Of a DNA stretch of 64,000 nt, positions 24,701 to 29,072 are shown piece after piece (within the stretch, counting starts at the first letter, position 1; each line of letters starts with the position of its first letter). The position numbers and the translations under genes were made by a program. The DNA is from Elusimicrobiota bacterium. GTDB taxonomy: Bacteria; Elusimicrobiota; Elusimicrobia; F11. The notes under the pieces were generated by a model. It did not search any database and had not been told where the DNA came from. It saw only the letters and a program-made list of their open reading frames with translations. The stretch covers positions 256,001-320,000 of the forward strand of contig JBGAON010000003.1 in NCBI GenBank assembly GCA_044221725.1. The letters run 5' to 3'.

Positions 24701-25814
24701 CCATTTGGGTCTCGTTGTCGGCCTGACTCGGAGCGGAATCTCGATTCAAGACTTGTCGGCGGATGTGGTTCGCGGCATGGACGCGGATTTGAGCGCGTCT
24801 TTGGTGCGCGGTGCGCAGGCGAAGAAACGTCTTTCGGTGCTCACGAAAATGGATCCGCAACAATCACAGAAACAGATGCTGCACGAATTCTTGGCGCTTA
24901 CCGGCTTTGATCAGAATTATGTTCTCAAGAACGAGCGCGGTTATTTCACGCGAGATTGGTTTGAGAAAGCTCTTTTTGCTGATGCGTCGGAGAATCGAGA
25001 GGAAGCGGTGCGCGCGATTGTGGTCGCATTCGCAAAAGATATTGCGAACCAGCAAGGTTTGTCGGCGTACAAAAACCAAATTGAAAATGTTGAAGTTAGG
25101 CTGCTGCCCAAAGCCGCGTTTGAAGAAAAATATGGCGTGGGTCCGGCCGCGTTTGAATCGAACACGATTATCATTCAATACAACGAAGGCTTAACCGGTG
25201 ACGCGATGAAACAACAAATGTTGCTCGCGGTCGCCGCGGGTCTGCACGAAGTATTTCACCCGGTGTTGGATGCGGTGGCGCCGGAATCCATGGCGCCGGT
25301 TTTGGCAGAAGCGATCATCAATAATTGGGTGCTGCAGGCGTTGCGCGGTGAAGGGGGGCATCAATTGCCGGAGCTCGCGCGGCTGTTTGAAATTTTTGTG
25401 ATTCAACGCATCGTGAAGCAAGAAGAAACGCCGGTGCTCGTGATTCCCGAAAATATTGCGCTCGCGATGGCAAAGTCGAAAATGCTCAACGATTTGGCGA
25501 CCGCGAACGCTATCGCGGTTCTGGCGGGCAATTCTGCCAATCATAATCCTTTGCTCGCGCGGTTCCGCCATGTGACCGAAGCCGAACTTTTGAAGAAGAA
25601 AGTGGGCGAGACGCGCAATTCAATCGTGTCGTGGGCGTTCGATAACTTTGGAACATCCAAAATCATCGTGCTTCAAAACGACGAAGCGAAAGCCACCTTC
25701 GCTCAAGTGTTCAACAATTTGCCACCCGAATACATTCTGCCGCTGGCGAACAATCTGTCCGACATCGCCGCTCTGCAACAGAAAATCGCCGAACTCGTTA
25801 AATCCCAAGCCTAA
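705..25814 (+). CDS. Giant (8,369 aa) secreted/membrane multidomain protein with embedded SecA-like ATPase and two HExxH metallopeptidase motifs
   Basis: 25.1-kb ORF without stops. Signal-peptide-like N-terminus ending IVWA. HEVFH at 11625 and 25245. Walker A ALPAAGGKT at ~14526-14552 and DEVD at 14940. Several transmembrane-like clusters. Confidence 0.9.
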   Translation: MMRRIPSKNVSILKKFTAVAVSAIYLQVNIVWATPTQNPATLLTHSPTISQFFTHFSKPADNTPIVFHANPADDPNRFLRNQRNEQAFMNPADVATREARANDAQVGLGFTGRNPAGQITQRLGLPVENLTVGDLLRVVPVRTREAILDAFKKDDGAALKLDVQNGRIVITGKEGNNTVTIKADIKHEGGRQILAVNRIDKSVTQERRPENAADKQEKGKVTEQDVLGKQHTIDGQKFDVKKNEAGQLVPVDPATGKQIKPVVENKMKDVYGRIHNVKMEVDHFELRDGQLLAVGRNLNLKGGVDFRFGGADDGAGDGKGFGNVPGSHNITATIRDGGVGVFQVTDPKKESAVGVIVRVNLENGNARLDHAAVTYQPINPTSTDVKIQFQANNGAITQLATSKDAGTTAVGNQQLHMTTWNVESGAETVKMNVKGKEVGVLAYLNIQRGTILSDQKGGLVGHAVVDEKTNTATQIYFAGNARGQELAALAVTDKQNGKLEKVDVILQSESGKMNKTLNKDSDVKVEAATLAKLEKLDFNGMDRAAIKQAITAVVGTGKESSGYEVNTKVKVNGAEADLRITTGKDKDGKMVILIGTNNRDLAIKIFGSETVAKAENKVKEQFDSVKKELPADAKFTYLEANGRMQAQVVFKVPGTDRLASILVDVNLEKADEPTTVVRDGNATEYLFGAGRAPGISVEGLRTNIRESIGNLDRQIAAETTPSKRLDELKATRANFAESLKKLDSPETRIKVTQSTSIGALNFNHLSITYKDGGEEKTISAVSISQGENPGVLRFSVEAMQTLAGKSAMDSLENRVVGNALPLFEALGISKANVSVKLEGVTVGADIQFNSLATVTRGTEKIAVPVNGSIANPTIDVDSAVRLVGKDKIQGFENALRQDALGGVQLAIAQAPTPQAKAEAEKVLAVMKAALADPNTKAMQFSVGDNGQLTMTMRGKDSNQQDLLIVGTMGYKGFEIAAARGANWLLSQTTMTDPSTRAVVQQTFITVSRPTEALASVIGAVFTPASTSIEVMRVTADRGLVSRDSVRSIERIAGREIVSEKIISSDQSTGQRIEDLYTPGSHTTRYFENGVEAAQPIRGIWGAVSGITYQFNGRDLAASWTNLESRAGDGTSILFLTRNGVREGHVEKSAERNSLDFIYTNASSNGAVSFVGQRIERTSDSSLTAQSVGQLVHLKMDDGKIVLGIYGEGRGLTLERNLTDNKKIGLGDSFRFDGNQVTIIAKPGSRTGETQIDTAIEGQIGRLTTVLSPDGLKTGVVTKIENETKLTHTSNGRTSEFTLPAGTVGLTIGNEFVVTSQTRATVVSDGRTNNVLIDPGSKFSFAVTPTNNVGGQLGSMVSGSYYVENGHLNAGKISNESSVLQMQGGGRGAQANEVVDREVDAEGNTVVVRGRIYVQDNQLKFREGTLFNNVAVDERYVRSFDYRVGAGDKYAVLQKDGSFQAAFRSRFSLNNEIRADMEKFIDKAEIRAQYIKENVAKVVVFDSQGQRVGEYSVNYKDDMQRVQEAHGVSGGSGGAGVYFTDTNRVRIKNGALQFDSEKNDEKEVFHVLDGNGKFQQRNEISIIPKFEIQVGNQKATVKITELQDAGGKTIVKSIKLFDGAGKLLRDVSEVSNLRLAKAEQGKDQQTKYDARENLEREIQDWKSYAETKKVPGQENALGYLLRDRSADMFAVQRNDIGRPSFIGLLQVAVQGVVVQPLEALYSLTISRTTTVSDWMARNNLSIQGIEAKGNAADWSAFTRQIERGEKPSSDILKAVGLQKNGFALDTFISVDSFLGHMFAADKAMNMVDARGNVSIKNIGLAGGIWVATVLSGGSASAATSVAANGVRAGWLSRVVWGGASSTRAAIGAQLARYNVVGAVRGAGFWGTARGITLGGFQLMLRAEAVNAIDQVLTSYNIEGFSDNTSKLTVTAIWKVALSEIYFAAPLLAPLFGSSRAATFGVTANWLTTAKNFSESSAAGTLLVLRYTSTALVGAAIGAGSQILENQGKLTWDTGWAAVKGALTAVVVRAVFTGTTIAINKIGNKIEQKAAAGNPSLTKESFSLDKRTEKLVEHSQTGKNLAGQKAESFRESSNVHIRIAGLRSLQIGRDLVTGISGSITFQILSGKNVLERQNAIDALRQGAFMGFIFGGARMAVTNWATAFKNMSTVGGLAAFNAQRIQSGVMMGVWEVSVAPFTGFISEAFYAATDYLGLTTDKDRADRNEQKEQQQKERAALKENFGATLGEVRFQFNKFWGTFQNISGLHPFFSLGRPGVNIFSKPVEGIVGRYTNATFNQISSALTKVRITGTANNVLSNILWQARGTVQFLSTNAIVNPININTFFIYETVGLKGAMAIGLVTPMKEVNGQLVLVDKNGDAIKGDAGKPSFFQETVATVFRVAGFISAPIHASPDKSAEGAYARGQIGSLSAPETFIGKSVRAVEETVGIVDRRNPQAFTLANNLKEHLESGKGGDFEFTATDGRRYTLSGQEARDLGNQARVAVLSTPEIAKAAEKAGVLPEHIAYNPVTGEARVLTPNHSAPAGFFEVRLPNRAAETAAKETASAKTGADVAGSADTSKPATNDSTKAPLAETKPQEPTKPANRADIGKINGVKVEAVEDVDGNIRIKIAEPVTDDVARDLESRVFVVENGNAKEVAVGRLGDIVVKNEDRANNAPLKVTELTPETALDRAARSDASPDVRSVAGLRPGEVVVKMGVENFVVAVKARAEGALANSPAQDTSVKARAKEEVNAKPEDAVKNVAGWDKLAPETQAAVQRLMADPTIGAKVRGMLAEMGGRGLEMLGALYDAAGHDTFTRVIESLSPEQVKSLAKTMNELSPLAKSNFVSMVKDLARNGEAALRTFLAVVSTLGPKVSNALFEGLKPAGREAFQKIISIFSDATKATALQGFKNVLAELTPTGAQALASFFNEIGGKDGKGVTTFAKFLEIAGQKGNENIAKTFGKLLNGLTLLGGAALGAAFTQLGRAREQTFAQLMRTLSKSDLQGFAAFVNTLGEKGQGAILGKILNLLPNANGIPKQVITLGNLFAQLNKTAGQRLADMFMRADAKNELVNLVSSVTKLEPKAAAAFAEVLNNGAAATVIALGILLGSNDKDVRFGAAELLASAGKEGALGLKNVLDAFANLIERGIGHPDAKSDTALENVAKLAAAQLSKFVKESDSAQKQTFGQALRELSRNANGPKDAADIMAHFLASDVGHAALGRALTSFAEHGGMLGRVLMTVTQNAPKKIVDPISGRETDTTNSWVANLLINSIEVSQVGGARDVSPGEMAGRMLRPAFFDVRGKPRTADETTKFTEGVLGSVFNKPPEAFNDREKQMAGDMLEHLAATMSDTQKVAARALADKFGIEVDFGASPEALAAKTEGKDAEAKEDAAVSNNSVADGEEPHPDTGRAAVERSAVGRVLKAVKDFFRSDYGDEFMTHEDVMAKIAYVEQKLFGEDSEHKKVEAGTFGSQSGKDWFDSIRWTDKQVIKENKLGQEDDVIILRATTGGKTVFLMLRDGKVWISKTTLRKNASDVTFFLVSDAARTKELKKSLQGAEGLAETSNIKKVFYKPWIDSKEDKAQFLDALKNDPAILSMLHFWLERGVTPKIMGRLIVGDNARNMGYMHNGSIHRGIETTDIDVFIHEVFHLAFDTKLTPAQKEAIRKRYVDANGERSAEYMKLFDEGIYDAAKYKSGIQKADEAFAQYMEMIAAGTTFLEYKRKGDVVVRLELTKGDVEFFLSQGLITKAVADRAMKLLDAGAASKESEATKDSKPKESTFERATSALRPIITAVGVAVGVTERAAEAPHGAQVVRTEPAGEAKPVEPAAETESRPAAGRSEAEPAKPGEKPLPQDGFDFTETKSDSNPTRLTDTPVNILRKAAYVEALHGREAKLVFEALYRESAGVDAKSLKAALEKIIDNGVKEGTGSDADYWRRSDGTIVTRRGTVIKETGKSYIERRENSGDPGKTNTIVRLFDFDGNQIGEQIAIRGDAATARKQAEDLKMTKTDIEIVTKIAKQYKGKAEFRFEKDDATGVYKIVEIIFPHGAKNVARFNKTFYAAWLNLGAVDEKDKLPEATNQVKALAKDVADKLVDANGKTKNFDLLAQELDRVLEQVKTPADKKVLINEVVKALQARDDISASTKGAHVRELEKAGGKQLDKKDFYRDLVTQVDLNACSNCAVNYNGPMRDDAFARVRSDVQREYPGMSPARRERFAMGRIDASLSPAQRSELGRKEIANGFENYANGLSPDRLSDALFYRNMADAIRNGDTRPSTTARGAEESVWAQNRVDVARARVNYTLNRTSGALDWILGKLEINVDAARVLTSSGWALDRAENTYMSLQMRDKLDVDQGKLIELVSQLPSIENGDARKSAAEDVAAAKLHFEQEKRRLDRGELPNASDFLDFQNILVDQEKESRTPLDLAEKSVKEAKELSAGEKFYGPGLREAIVESKKGEDARFSLIYDRVQTVMKDLLIAPDVYRVEKDGTRTKLTELDKVNPQDVIVLQLPRSVAAKIDRLKRRENTQADWEAAVVDLLAVGKNAADKPIDNKGAVVNAAELNIHQRTALLWAVSQRTFEDQSQPMTREDIAMDQGKRMAFFFGLVRGNEVVALPAAGGKTGAFILAQADFVLRNRSKKNGEKFVLELDVFNSAEAEKYISERERYEGMAIGAALIRPVDGRDFHQNIKKAEEAYDVNKSVISDRGIKLEGVKMIVHDLNSFGFLMLHMGENLTARVSTLVRENVKSVMMDEVDAILMSMMSFINSKTELHASDDDLSRGAVTVRAILKTLELNHTKVDVARYKERSEEKDAADHPNYRYFPSGRVSDEDRKDGVWFTITAAGKVEYSDKFLEKVRSNLEEKSISNREIQNALRAFADTGDGNRSTISRVDGKLKIVPVTRHGPQKGLVDSYRMYNVARTLFENMSRRLRNEEELDEKQVPISKSSATATLIQAIAFRINAIKAAATGTKDDIDSADPSLAPFAQLLTGMGVSVVSQSSYADLKYFEAISAREGLLKQQNYRSDAGDRKALRTIALVGANGDARYRVAAEGINLMRGRGPDGGSWNSIDRDAAVLIYSADQRYHVKAFYELLEINGASGVVAALKKKNVSGIQDAIDKAKSIIDSKEANASAWLRAELDTHRVIDGNRPDLAEFIAKTAAERKSIVWSTIGRALSFNAIGKNRMDEIILGTDTSFTEAAEFHQIVNRVDRNFTGENRSYRLQIVDPTNVDARFSEVVSLNDDVRRFGRQGLFTDDYFGKIWESHKNGDTLTLEQKVKLNSQLASLENRSRNGQHHLHEQVGAKLTNEIVTLIGAELIRRGNSLGAEALEKIKGEMLDHDERGNDDGGTYNQSPNEIAYRIVKREVEKAEIFYSKIINSEHVDLDLVQFARSRLTEIQTEFLGFSKRVINDVDKKTGYHVGENYRNASFATANTVRKVFDAAIATSDFLLPNVELSHAPTAFTAAVTHMAFGNVRAPRDALPAVANDNVSKVAFVNAINPHAPESVSAEKPTTIDGKPVALPPLQNLTLWQQAAYSVYSYFSPARQSIDDEKRRADAMLLARAGFVSQAVADNVASNDPVVAGRALRQMAMEVADRWERSGQRMERFDLPTLMLVAENVVTQMDQVRAAIAPNILPKVDADWAGPAQLNRIVAMAAASPNTPAVGSWESDSEKTAKRRDLPSVRQEVIAQGISDLAALLPVDTRATVVPIVRNARAMLTTINQARDYEAQQRNIALGAGGIGAMIMLQLSMLYYSPPRQYNRVLDQSLATLAGKGEPANRAAIVVGVMALFHLNTPVLRQRLRDAVDVIANTDPGLLDHVTARELANVVRAKDPQKELENLLYKNIGFALPLPTAVTQTLKVAGVAGSVVAGLGTMFGFLSLNSALTIFSIAFGLNFLSAERPTGDGPSVWARLQSFGTGVKNVGGEIGRWVWNNKVKSTIAVSLVVGTVATGGMTGAFGSVADLGSYFTAANLSSALETVLPFALPLLGGLAGKMFKKYELEIAIREGRILPFTNIRIPGFDRVFRQPSPALYALIALRTAREAKEKDLKSRDTAVAENPEYQKLKNQLDNFDADLEKKLDKMPEQYRGTMRQFSQQQKKEIEKQMNDLRDKTPVPGLTVGRLVDAIETRHGKKSNDDKNEILRLALITLGVSPDKALRAVAAVDVLREATAEDSDYDPKEVAAVKEAYHELDTDVLKGKGSLSLDLRMDFARFGAQMKADGKEVTPDALRGEYNGAEFKQAIRYFAQQKNITDDEVALIAQFHDDRNIPVKDLAAAIRKDNLNSLRADKLASEHEKENPDLAKALKKVGATYDAVSAHVRTYLKEEARMTDDEATQVLTLIHGSFGTNTTIDFAARVAEPILSNPLVQNPEAVVAGLLRILIDHAYSDYGVQLAAIEHNLPVERDADTMNLLRRVQHPNAPRNTTLDLGFARALTTIYGFQLPLDVQASGMRQTGYELRNSNGTVARVALSGNTGIQVRVNVAPNGEAPIYGELNYRLANNQIVDVDVQSPLGYQARVGGSVTTSGHANNIAGQAIQFEKVEVGEKPLKTSLFASSLERPVTETPVGLKIETPAQLVAPSAVAHLMGDSLPAKPAQTTPQKLVNRPVDMKLDDLFGLPVVGVLLESAYKAVFGRAPTDADKQQLAQLNSDHKSLAESLFGTNKVPDQYRSLPLPIAMKGEAAVRSFQSEMILAAIKNGTVSPTFQALRFIPNDMLPQNGGTLIVLDRNNSNGWDIRVGENTIGTISKSNNVVTLTLISRQEIPAQIIEPTPPTNMTEWGHYFYDGKPAPKVIAARSVEVRNEIILTVDESPTAPYVVTDIQAKAGGENGRIVREGEKPLMETSGFTFAASPAGFKTMETEITIPGDLRAVEEDDFKSAKTVVMENVTAAMEERFGYDRVSNMDGMEAVVDLLFALHPDLPESLSADEIIDLAFSANPSKDLTDIISEKDGSVFARLASDGAENPDAVKQAWELVSSGKAETVGGLVQALMADNRIGDRLGVFRLAAVMSGFSISEAIALANIMKSTDARFFSGFSMNFLATVGVPVQTVLEVRQWQDKQSQAGAIMYENVRAQWGTTSIGTNRALDILKGAPLSSVERTSLETQSQLNETYAVVNAGPNANLRSQILASAQTLLELAGVSAPVVASYLRSVVSARSAEDIHTLKVQTSQQLPDRQTATLLHNLIDAFHAPTANSATMVVFRAVKQLNVDDSFVLLLNQTNASNGTWQVTGVVPAGPNAGQKINVAVVTVSPQSPRTTIAIQIGVAEGKNGPVVELPTTHANGSTLLLINSGDYQVVTSGFGPQPKAQALNGNLGNAAPTAQSVQFTDGKNTLPVRIAVPTAITNEAIRSSRAQAAMVFGRLNQLATANDASPMDPLVFQQVERFLSPAMLPLLRGNGSNEGSEPDLFVVRGTNNQIESMYVLNANGSYGVFRRTTVDGQQTVTRGEPTHVPPMNADAYEMAQMPNGQWSVVPVLTPLSTIPRSVARERRDHGVTNAGVAMRVLGGMLAAPFAMFRGVANQASRHRMASALVLMLVAVVSANAQEPMMHQTVSTAKDLVAQPIPHMSVGAVAAVTAMGSALLGFMGVRSYLAIRREAPPANIPIVMSAKDFNTRVNEQKLSSPDGIYFASQELLGVPYNGAENAVAVKVQEVRIAGDGQSRYVLSLLPANTDSASTAPLQLANFSGYMPNAVVRMFTKLPTNAAQISAFLKSDDGRLANYISVPALFGTNPSLLSGLNLGLDDVQVHFKTLKDVFEPSTPEAQRLASREFKALVAKLVAEASAFASSESVQLRPTYVDAIMKKFGPNVSFLQRDPSGRAFVSSGYDYSAALALWRKGVVHPVLVSNGQQIYFVFSSGESALSKLNYDGTKGKTERGNEKRYLSSEPDGSLLAVAGKPYLNEGQKAIARRAVEILSDILVGDGRAPLVLTDRQVAQLFNSIGDFVRGGTPKVNVRGSDLGLPGTDVDKLIQELGEQMRSLAQSNAQILDLAQRGQMSAVGVSAVHHLGLVVGLTRSGISIQDLSADVVRGMDADLSASLVRGAQAKKRLSVLTKMDPQQSQKQMLHEFLALTGFDQNYVLKNERGYFTRDWFEKALFADASENREEAVRAIVVAFAKDIANQQGLSAYKNQIENVEVRLLPKAAFEEKYGVGPAAFESNTIIIQYNEGLTGDAMKQQMLLAVAAGLHEVFHPVLDAVAPESMAPVLAEAIINNWVLQALRGEGGHQLPELARLFEIFVIQRIVKQEETPVLVIPENIALAMAKSKMLNDLATANAIAVLAGNSANHNPLLARFRHVTEAELLKKKVGETRNSIVSWAFDNFGTSKIIVLQNDEAKATFAQVFNNLPPEYILPLANNLSDIAALQQKIAELVKSQA

Positions 25815-25877
25815 GCGCTTCGCTTGCGCGTTGAAGTATAATTTCGCCGCCTGATGTCTCACCCCTCTGGAGAACAC

Positions 25878-26075
25878 ATGCAGAAGAGGTCAAAAATGAA
25901 ATTGCTAAAAAGATCGTCTCCAGCAAGAATTGCGACGAACGAACTGATGTCCGATCCTCTGTGGAAAGTCCGATTGTCTGCCGCCAAGAGAGAATCAAAA
26001 GAAGGAAAAGGCATTTCCTTGGAAGCCTATCTCAAGAAACGATCAAAGGTATTACCCCGCCAAAAAGCCGCTTAA
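25878..26075 (+). CDS. Putative type II antitoxin
   Basis: Small ORF directly upstream of a RelE/ParE toxin. ELMSDP..AKRESKEGKGISLE resembles antitoxin C-terminal toxin-binding segments. Start uncertain (25854/25878/25896). Confidence 0.6.
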   Translation: MQKRSKMKLLKRSSPARIATNELMSDPLWKVRLSAAKRESKEGKGISLEAYLKKRSKVLPRQKAA

Positions 26076-26078
26076 GTT

Positions 26079-26333
26079 GTGCGGCACATCATCATATTGC
26101 CGCTGGCTCAAGCGGATCTTAATACGATTTCCGATCCACTGTTCTCGATTCTCATAGATCAGATTGAAAACCTGCGATCGTTTCCTCATTTGGGCCAGCG
26201 GCTCGAAAGTCCGTTCGTCGGTTACAGGCGGCTCGTTATAGGCATTTTTCGAATCATTTACCGAGAGTTGGGGAATTCGATCGAAATAGCTTACGTCTGG
26301 CACGTTCGGCGACAACTTCCCGCGAGACGTTAG
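26079..26333 (+). CDS. RelE/ParE family type II toxin
   Basis: 84 aa with pattern A..DL..I, L..FP.LG, YRRLVIG.FRIIYR, I..VWH.RR. Confidence 0.85.
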   Translation: MRHIIILPLAQADLNTISDPLFSILIDQIENLRSFPHLGQRLESPFVGYRRLVIGIFRIIYRELGNSIEIAYVWHVRRQLPARR

Positions 26334-26377
26334 CCGCATCGACGACAACGGTCGCGTTAAATGCTGAAATGCGCGTC

Positions 26378-26878
26378 ATGGAAATTTATTTGATGCGGCA
26401 TGGCGAAGCGGTTTCGGCAAATCATTGGAGAAAATCGGATGCGGAACGTCCGCTGGCCCCGATCGGCATCGCGAAGCTGGAAGCCGGCCTCAAAGAAATG
26501 AAGCGCGCCGGTTTTTCCGTGCCGGTGATCTTCACGAGCCCGTTCCTTCGGGCCAAAGAAACCGCCAATCTCGTCTCGAAAGTCCTCGATCTTTCTGCCC
26601 CAATCGTGAAAGCCGATCTCGCTTCCGGGGCGTCCATGGACACATTGAAAAAACTCGTTTTGTCGCACACCACGCCGGCGCCGGTGCTGTATGTCGGTCA
26701 TATGCCCGAACTCGCGCTTTTTGGATCGCGTATGACATTTGAGCCCAAGTTGTTGGATGGCGGACTTGAGCCGGCCGATATTTTGGCCGTCGAAACCGGT
26801 CCGCTCGAAAAGAACTGGGGGGAAGGAAAAATTCTCTGGTGGCGAAAGATTTCGGATTGGAAAGAAGTGACGGCATGA
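26378..26878 (+). CDS. sixA: Phosphohistidine phosphatase SixA (histidine phosphatase superfamily)
   Basis: LMRHGEA, D.ERPL, TSP..RA.ETA and VGHMP motifs. Confidence 0.88.
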   Translation: MEIYLMRHGEAVSANHWRKSDAERPLAPIGIAKLEAGLKEMKRAGFSVPVIFTSPFLRAKETANLVSKVLDLSAPIVKADLASGASMDTLKKLVLSHTTPAPVLYVGHMPELALFGSRMTFEPKLLDGGLEPADILAVETGPLEKNWGEGKILWWRKISDWKEVTA

Positions 26879-27618
26879 AAGACCCTTTAATTCCATCGGC
26901 CGCGCTGGAAGGCCTCATGAAAAAAGCATTCCAAGAACAGGCCGTGAGCCCGGGTCTGTTTTGGGACGCGCTCCTCAATTCCAATTTGGTGGCGCCGCTT
27001 TCGCCGTCAACGGAGGACAGAGAAAATCAGGTGCCCATTTTGCTCGGTGTGGATTCGCAGGGCAAACACGTGATCTGGCTTTTCACATCGCCGCAAGCGA
27101 TGGTTGAATACGTCGAACAAGATTTGAAGTTCCTTACCATGGCGTCGCGCGATTTGTTTAAGAAACTGGCGGGCAGTACGCACGAAATTGTTCTCATCGG
27201 TCCGGAAGGGATTACTCTTAATCTTCACCCGGAATTTGTGGCGTCGCTTGCCGAAGGTCGCGTTCCGGAAATACCCACCGAGGAGATTCGCCACATTCCG
27301 AAAGATACCGCGGTACAGGTCGGGAAACCAACCGACGATCCGAGCAAGCTCGAGTCGCGTTTTAAAGAACTTTTCACAAAACTGCCCGAAGTTCTTGAAG
27401 CGACATTCATTCAGATTGCCGATGATTCCGGATCGCGTCTTCTGCTGGGGGTTCGCCTGCAAGACGAATCACGTGAGCGTTTCAAACACATTGCGGGCCT
27501 GGTCGCGCACGCGGCCGAAGGTGTGCTTGAGAAGGGCAAAACGATGGACATCACGCTGCTGGATCGCTCCATGAAGGGTGCGTTCGAAAAATTCGGCGTT
27601 GCATTCTTCAAACGATGA
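26875..27618 (+). CDS. SseB family protein (SseB N- and C-terminal domains)
   Basis: F...LLNS.L..P, LFTS and C-terminal GKP..DP / F..LPEV.EA / LLLGV pattern. ATGA overlap with sixA. Confidence 0.7.
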   Translation: MKDPLIPSAALEGLMKKAFQEQAVSPGLFWDALLNSNLVAPLSPSTEDRENQVPILLGVDSQGKHVIWLFTSPQAMVEYVEQDLKFLTMASRDLFKKLAGSTHEIVLIGPEGITLNLHPEFVASLAEGRVPEIPTEEIRHIPKDTAVQVGKPTDDPSKLESRFKELFTKLPEVLEATFIQIADDSGSRLLLGVRLQDESRERFKHIAGLVAHAAEGVLEKGKTMDITLLDRSMKGAFEKFGVAFFKR

Positions 27619-29072
27619 AAATTTCCCGCATTTCGTTCTTACTTTTCTTTTTTGTTGCAACCGTTCCGTTACACGCCGCTGATCCCATCGCAGAATTTCC
27701 GCAGCGCGTCCACAAGATAACGTTGAAAAACGGAATGCGTGTGCTCACTGTTGAGCGTCCTTCCTCTCAGACCGTTTCGTTTGCGATGTACATCCGCACC
27801 GGCGGCCTGGATGATGAGTCCGGAAAGTCCGGGCTTGCCCATATGTTCGAGCACATGCTCTTCAAAGGCACAAAAACCATTGGCACGAAGAATTATTCCA
27901 AAGAATCGGCGTTGCTCGATGAAATCGATAAAGCGGAAGCCGCTGGAGACACGAAGCGCGTTGAAGAATTGGATAAGCAACACGAAGCGTTGCTTGAGCC
28001 CGAAGAATATTGGCGTATCTATGAGCGCGCCGGTGGCCGCGAGTTGAACGCTTCGACCGGATACGATTTCACGGATTACACGGTTTCGCTTCCGCTGAAT
28101 GCTATTCCGTTGTGGTTTGCGATGGAATCCGACCGCATAAGAAATCCCGTGTTGCGTGAGTTTTATAAAGAGCGATCGGTCGTGCTCGAAGAGCGTCGCC
28201 TGCGCATCGATACGTCTGCTCAGGGAAAACTTTGGGAGAATTTTCTCGCAGCGGCGTTCATGGCGCATCCGTACGGTCGTCCCATCGTCGGATGGGAAAG
28301 CGATATTTCCAAAGTAACGCGGGCCGACGCGGAGGATTACTTCAAGCGCCACTACGATGTGAGCCGCTTGGTGGTGAGCGTTGTGGGCGGCGTGAAAGCG
28401 AGCGACATCGAAGCGATGTGCCGCAAATATCTCGAACCGATCCCGTCCTTGGCACCGTCTTCTAACGAACGCATCTCCGTTGAACCGCCGCAAGAAGGCG
28501 AACGCCGCGTGAAAGTGGAATTCGACGCCGAGCCTTCCATTATGATTGGGTTTCATCGGCCCGATATGAAAGACGCGGACGAACCGGTGTTCAACGTGAT
28601 CGAAGATATTCTTACCTCCGGCCGCACATCGCGCTTCAACCGCACGATTGTTGAGAAAAAACGGATTGCTGTTTCGATGTGGGCCTCGGCGTCCGCGCCG
28701 GGCGAACGCGATCCGAATCTTTTTGTTTTGGGCGGAACGCCGCGCGCGCCGCACACAGTAGCGGAGTTGGAAGCGTCGATGCTCGAGGAACTGGACACGC
28801 TGAAGAAAGTGGGGCCGTCGGATATTGAGCTCGAAAAAGTGAAAAACAATCTTGAGTCCGGTGTCATCCGCGGTTTGTCGTCCAATTCCGGGCTCGCGCA
28901 GCAACTGGCGTATCATGAGGCGGTCGCTGGCGACTGGGCGTACTTGCTGAGCCTCATCAAAGGCATACGCGAAGTAAAGCCGGCCGATGTGCAACGCGTG
29001 GCCACGAAATTTTTCACGGCGTCGAATCGCACGATCGCCGTGCTTCAGAAAAAAGGGATGCCACCCCAATGA
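27615..29072 (+). CDS. M16 (pitrilysin/insulinase) zinc peptidase, catalytic subunit, exported
   Basis: Inverted zinc motif GLAHMFEHMLFKGT, LNA.T..D.T.Y, ER.VV.EE, HPYG.P..G. Signal peptide. Confidence 0.93.
   Translation: MKISRISFLLFFFVATVPLHAADPIAEFPQRVHKITLKNGMRVLTVERPSSQTVSFAMYIRTGGLDDESGKSGLAHMFEHMLFKGTKTIGTKNYSKESALLDEIDKAEAAGDTKRVEELDKQHEALLEPEEYWRIYERAGGRELNASTGYDFTDYTVSLPLNAIPLWFAMESDRIRNPVLREFYKERSVVLEERRLRIDTSAQGKLWENFLAAAFMAHPYGRPIVGWESDISKVTRADAEDYFKRHYDVSRLVVSVVGGVKASDIEAMCRKYLEPIPSLAPSSNERISVEPPQEGERRVKVEFDAEPSIMIGFHRPDMKDADEPVFNVIEDILTSGRTSRFNRTIVEKKRIAVSMWASASAPGERDPNLFVLGGTPRAPHTVAELEASMLEELDTLKKVGPSDIELEKVKNNLESGVIRGLSSNSGLAQQLAYHEAVAGDWAYLLSLIKGIREVKPADVQRVATKFFTASNRTIAVLQKKGMPPQ

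Noticed and set aside
25813..25825. Intrinsic terminator after the giant gene (aagcg-ctt-cgctt)
   Set aside because: Only a 5-bp stem and no U-tract.
27669..29069. 466-aa minus-strand ORF, and similar long antisense ORFs such as 1110-2045, 8147-9067, 19296-20219 and 29045-29944
   Set aside because: Shadows of well-supported plus-strand genes in GC-rich sequence, with no recognisable motifs.
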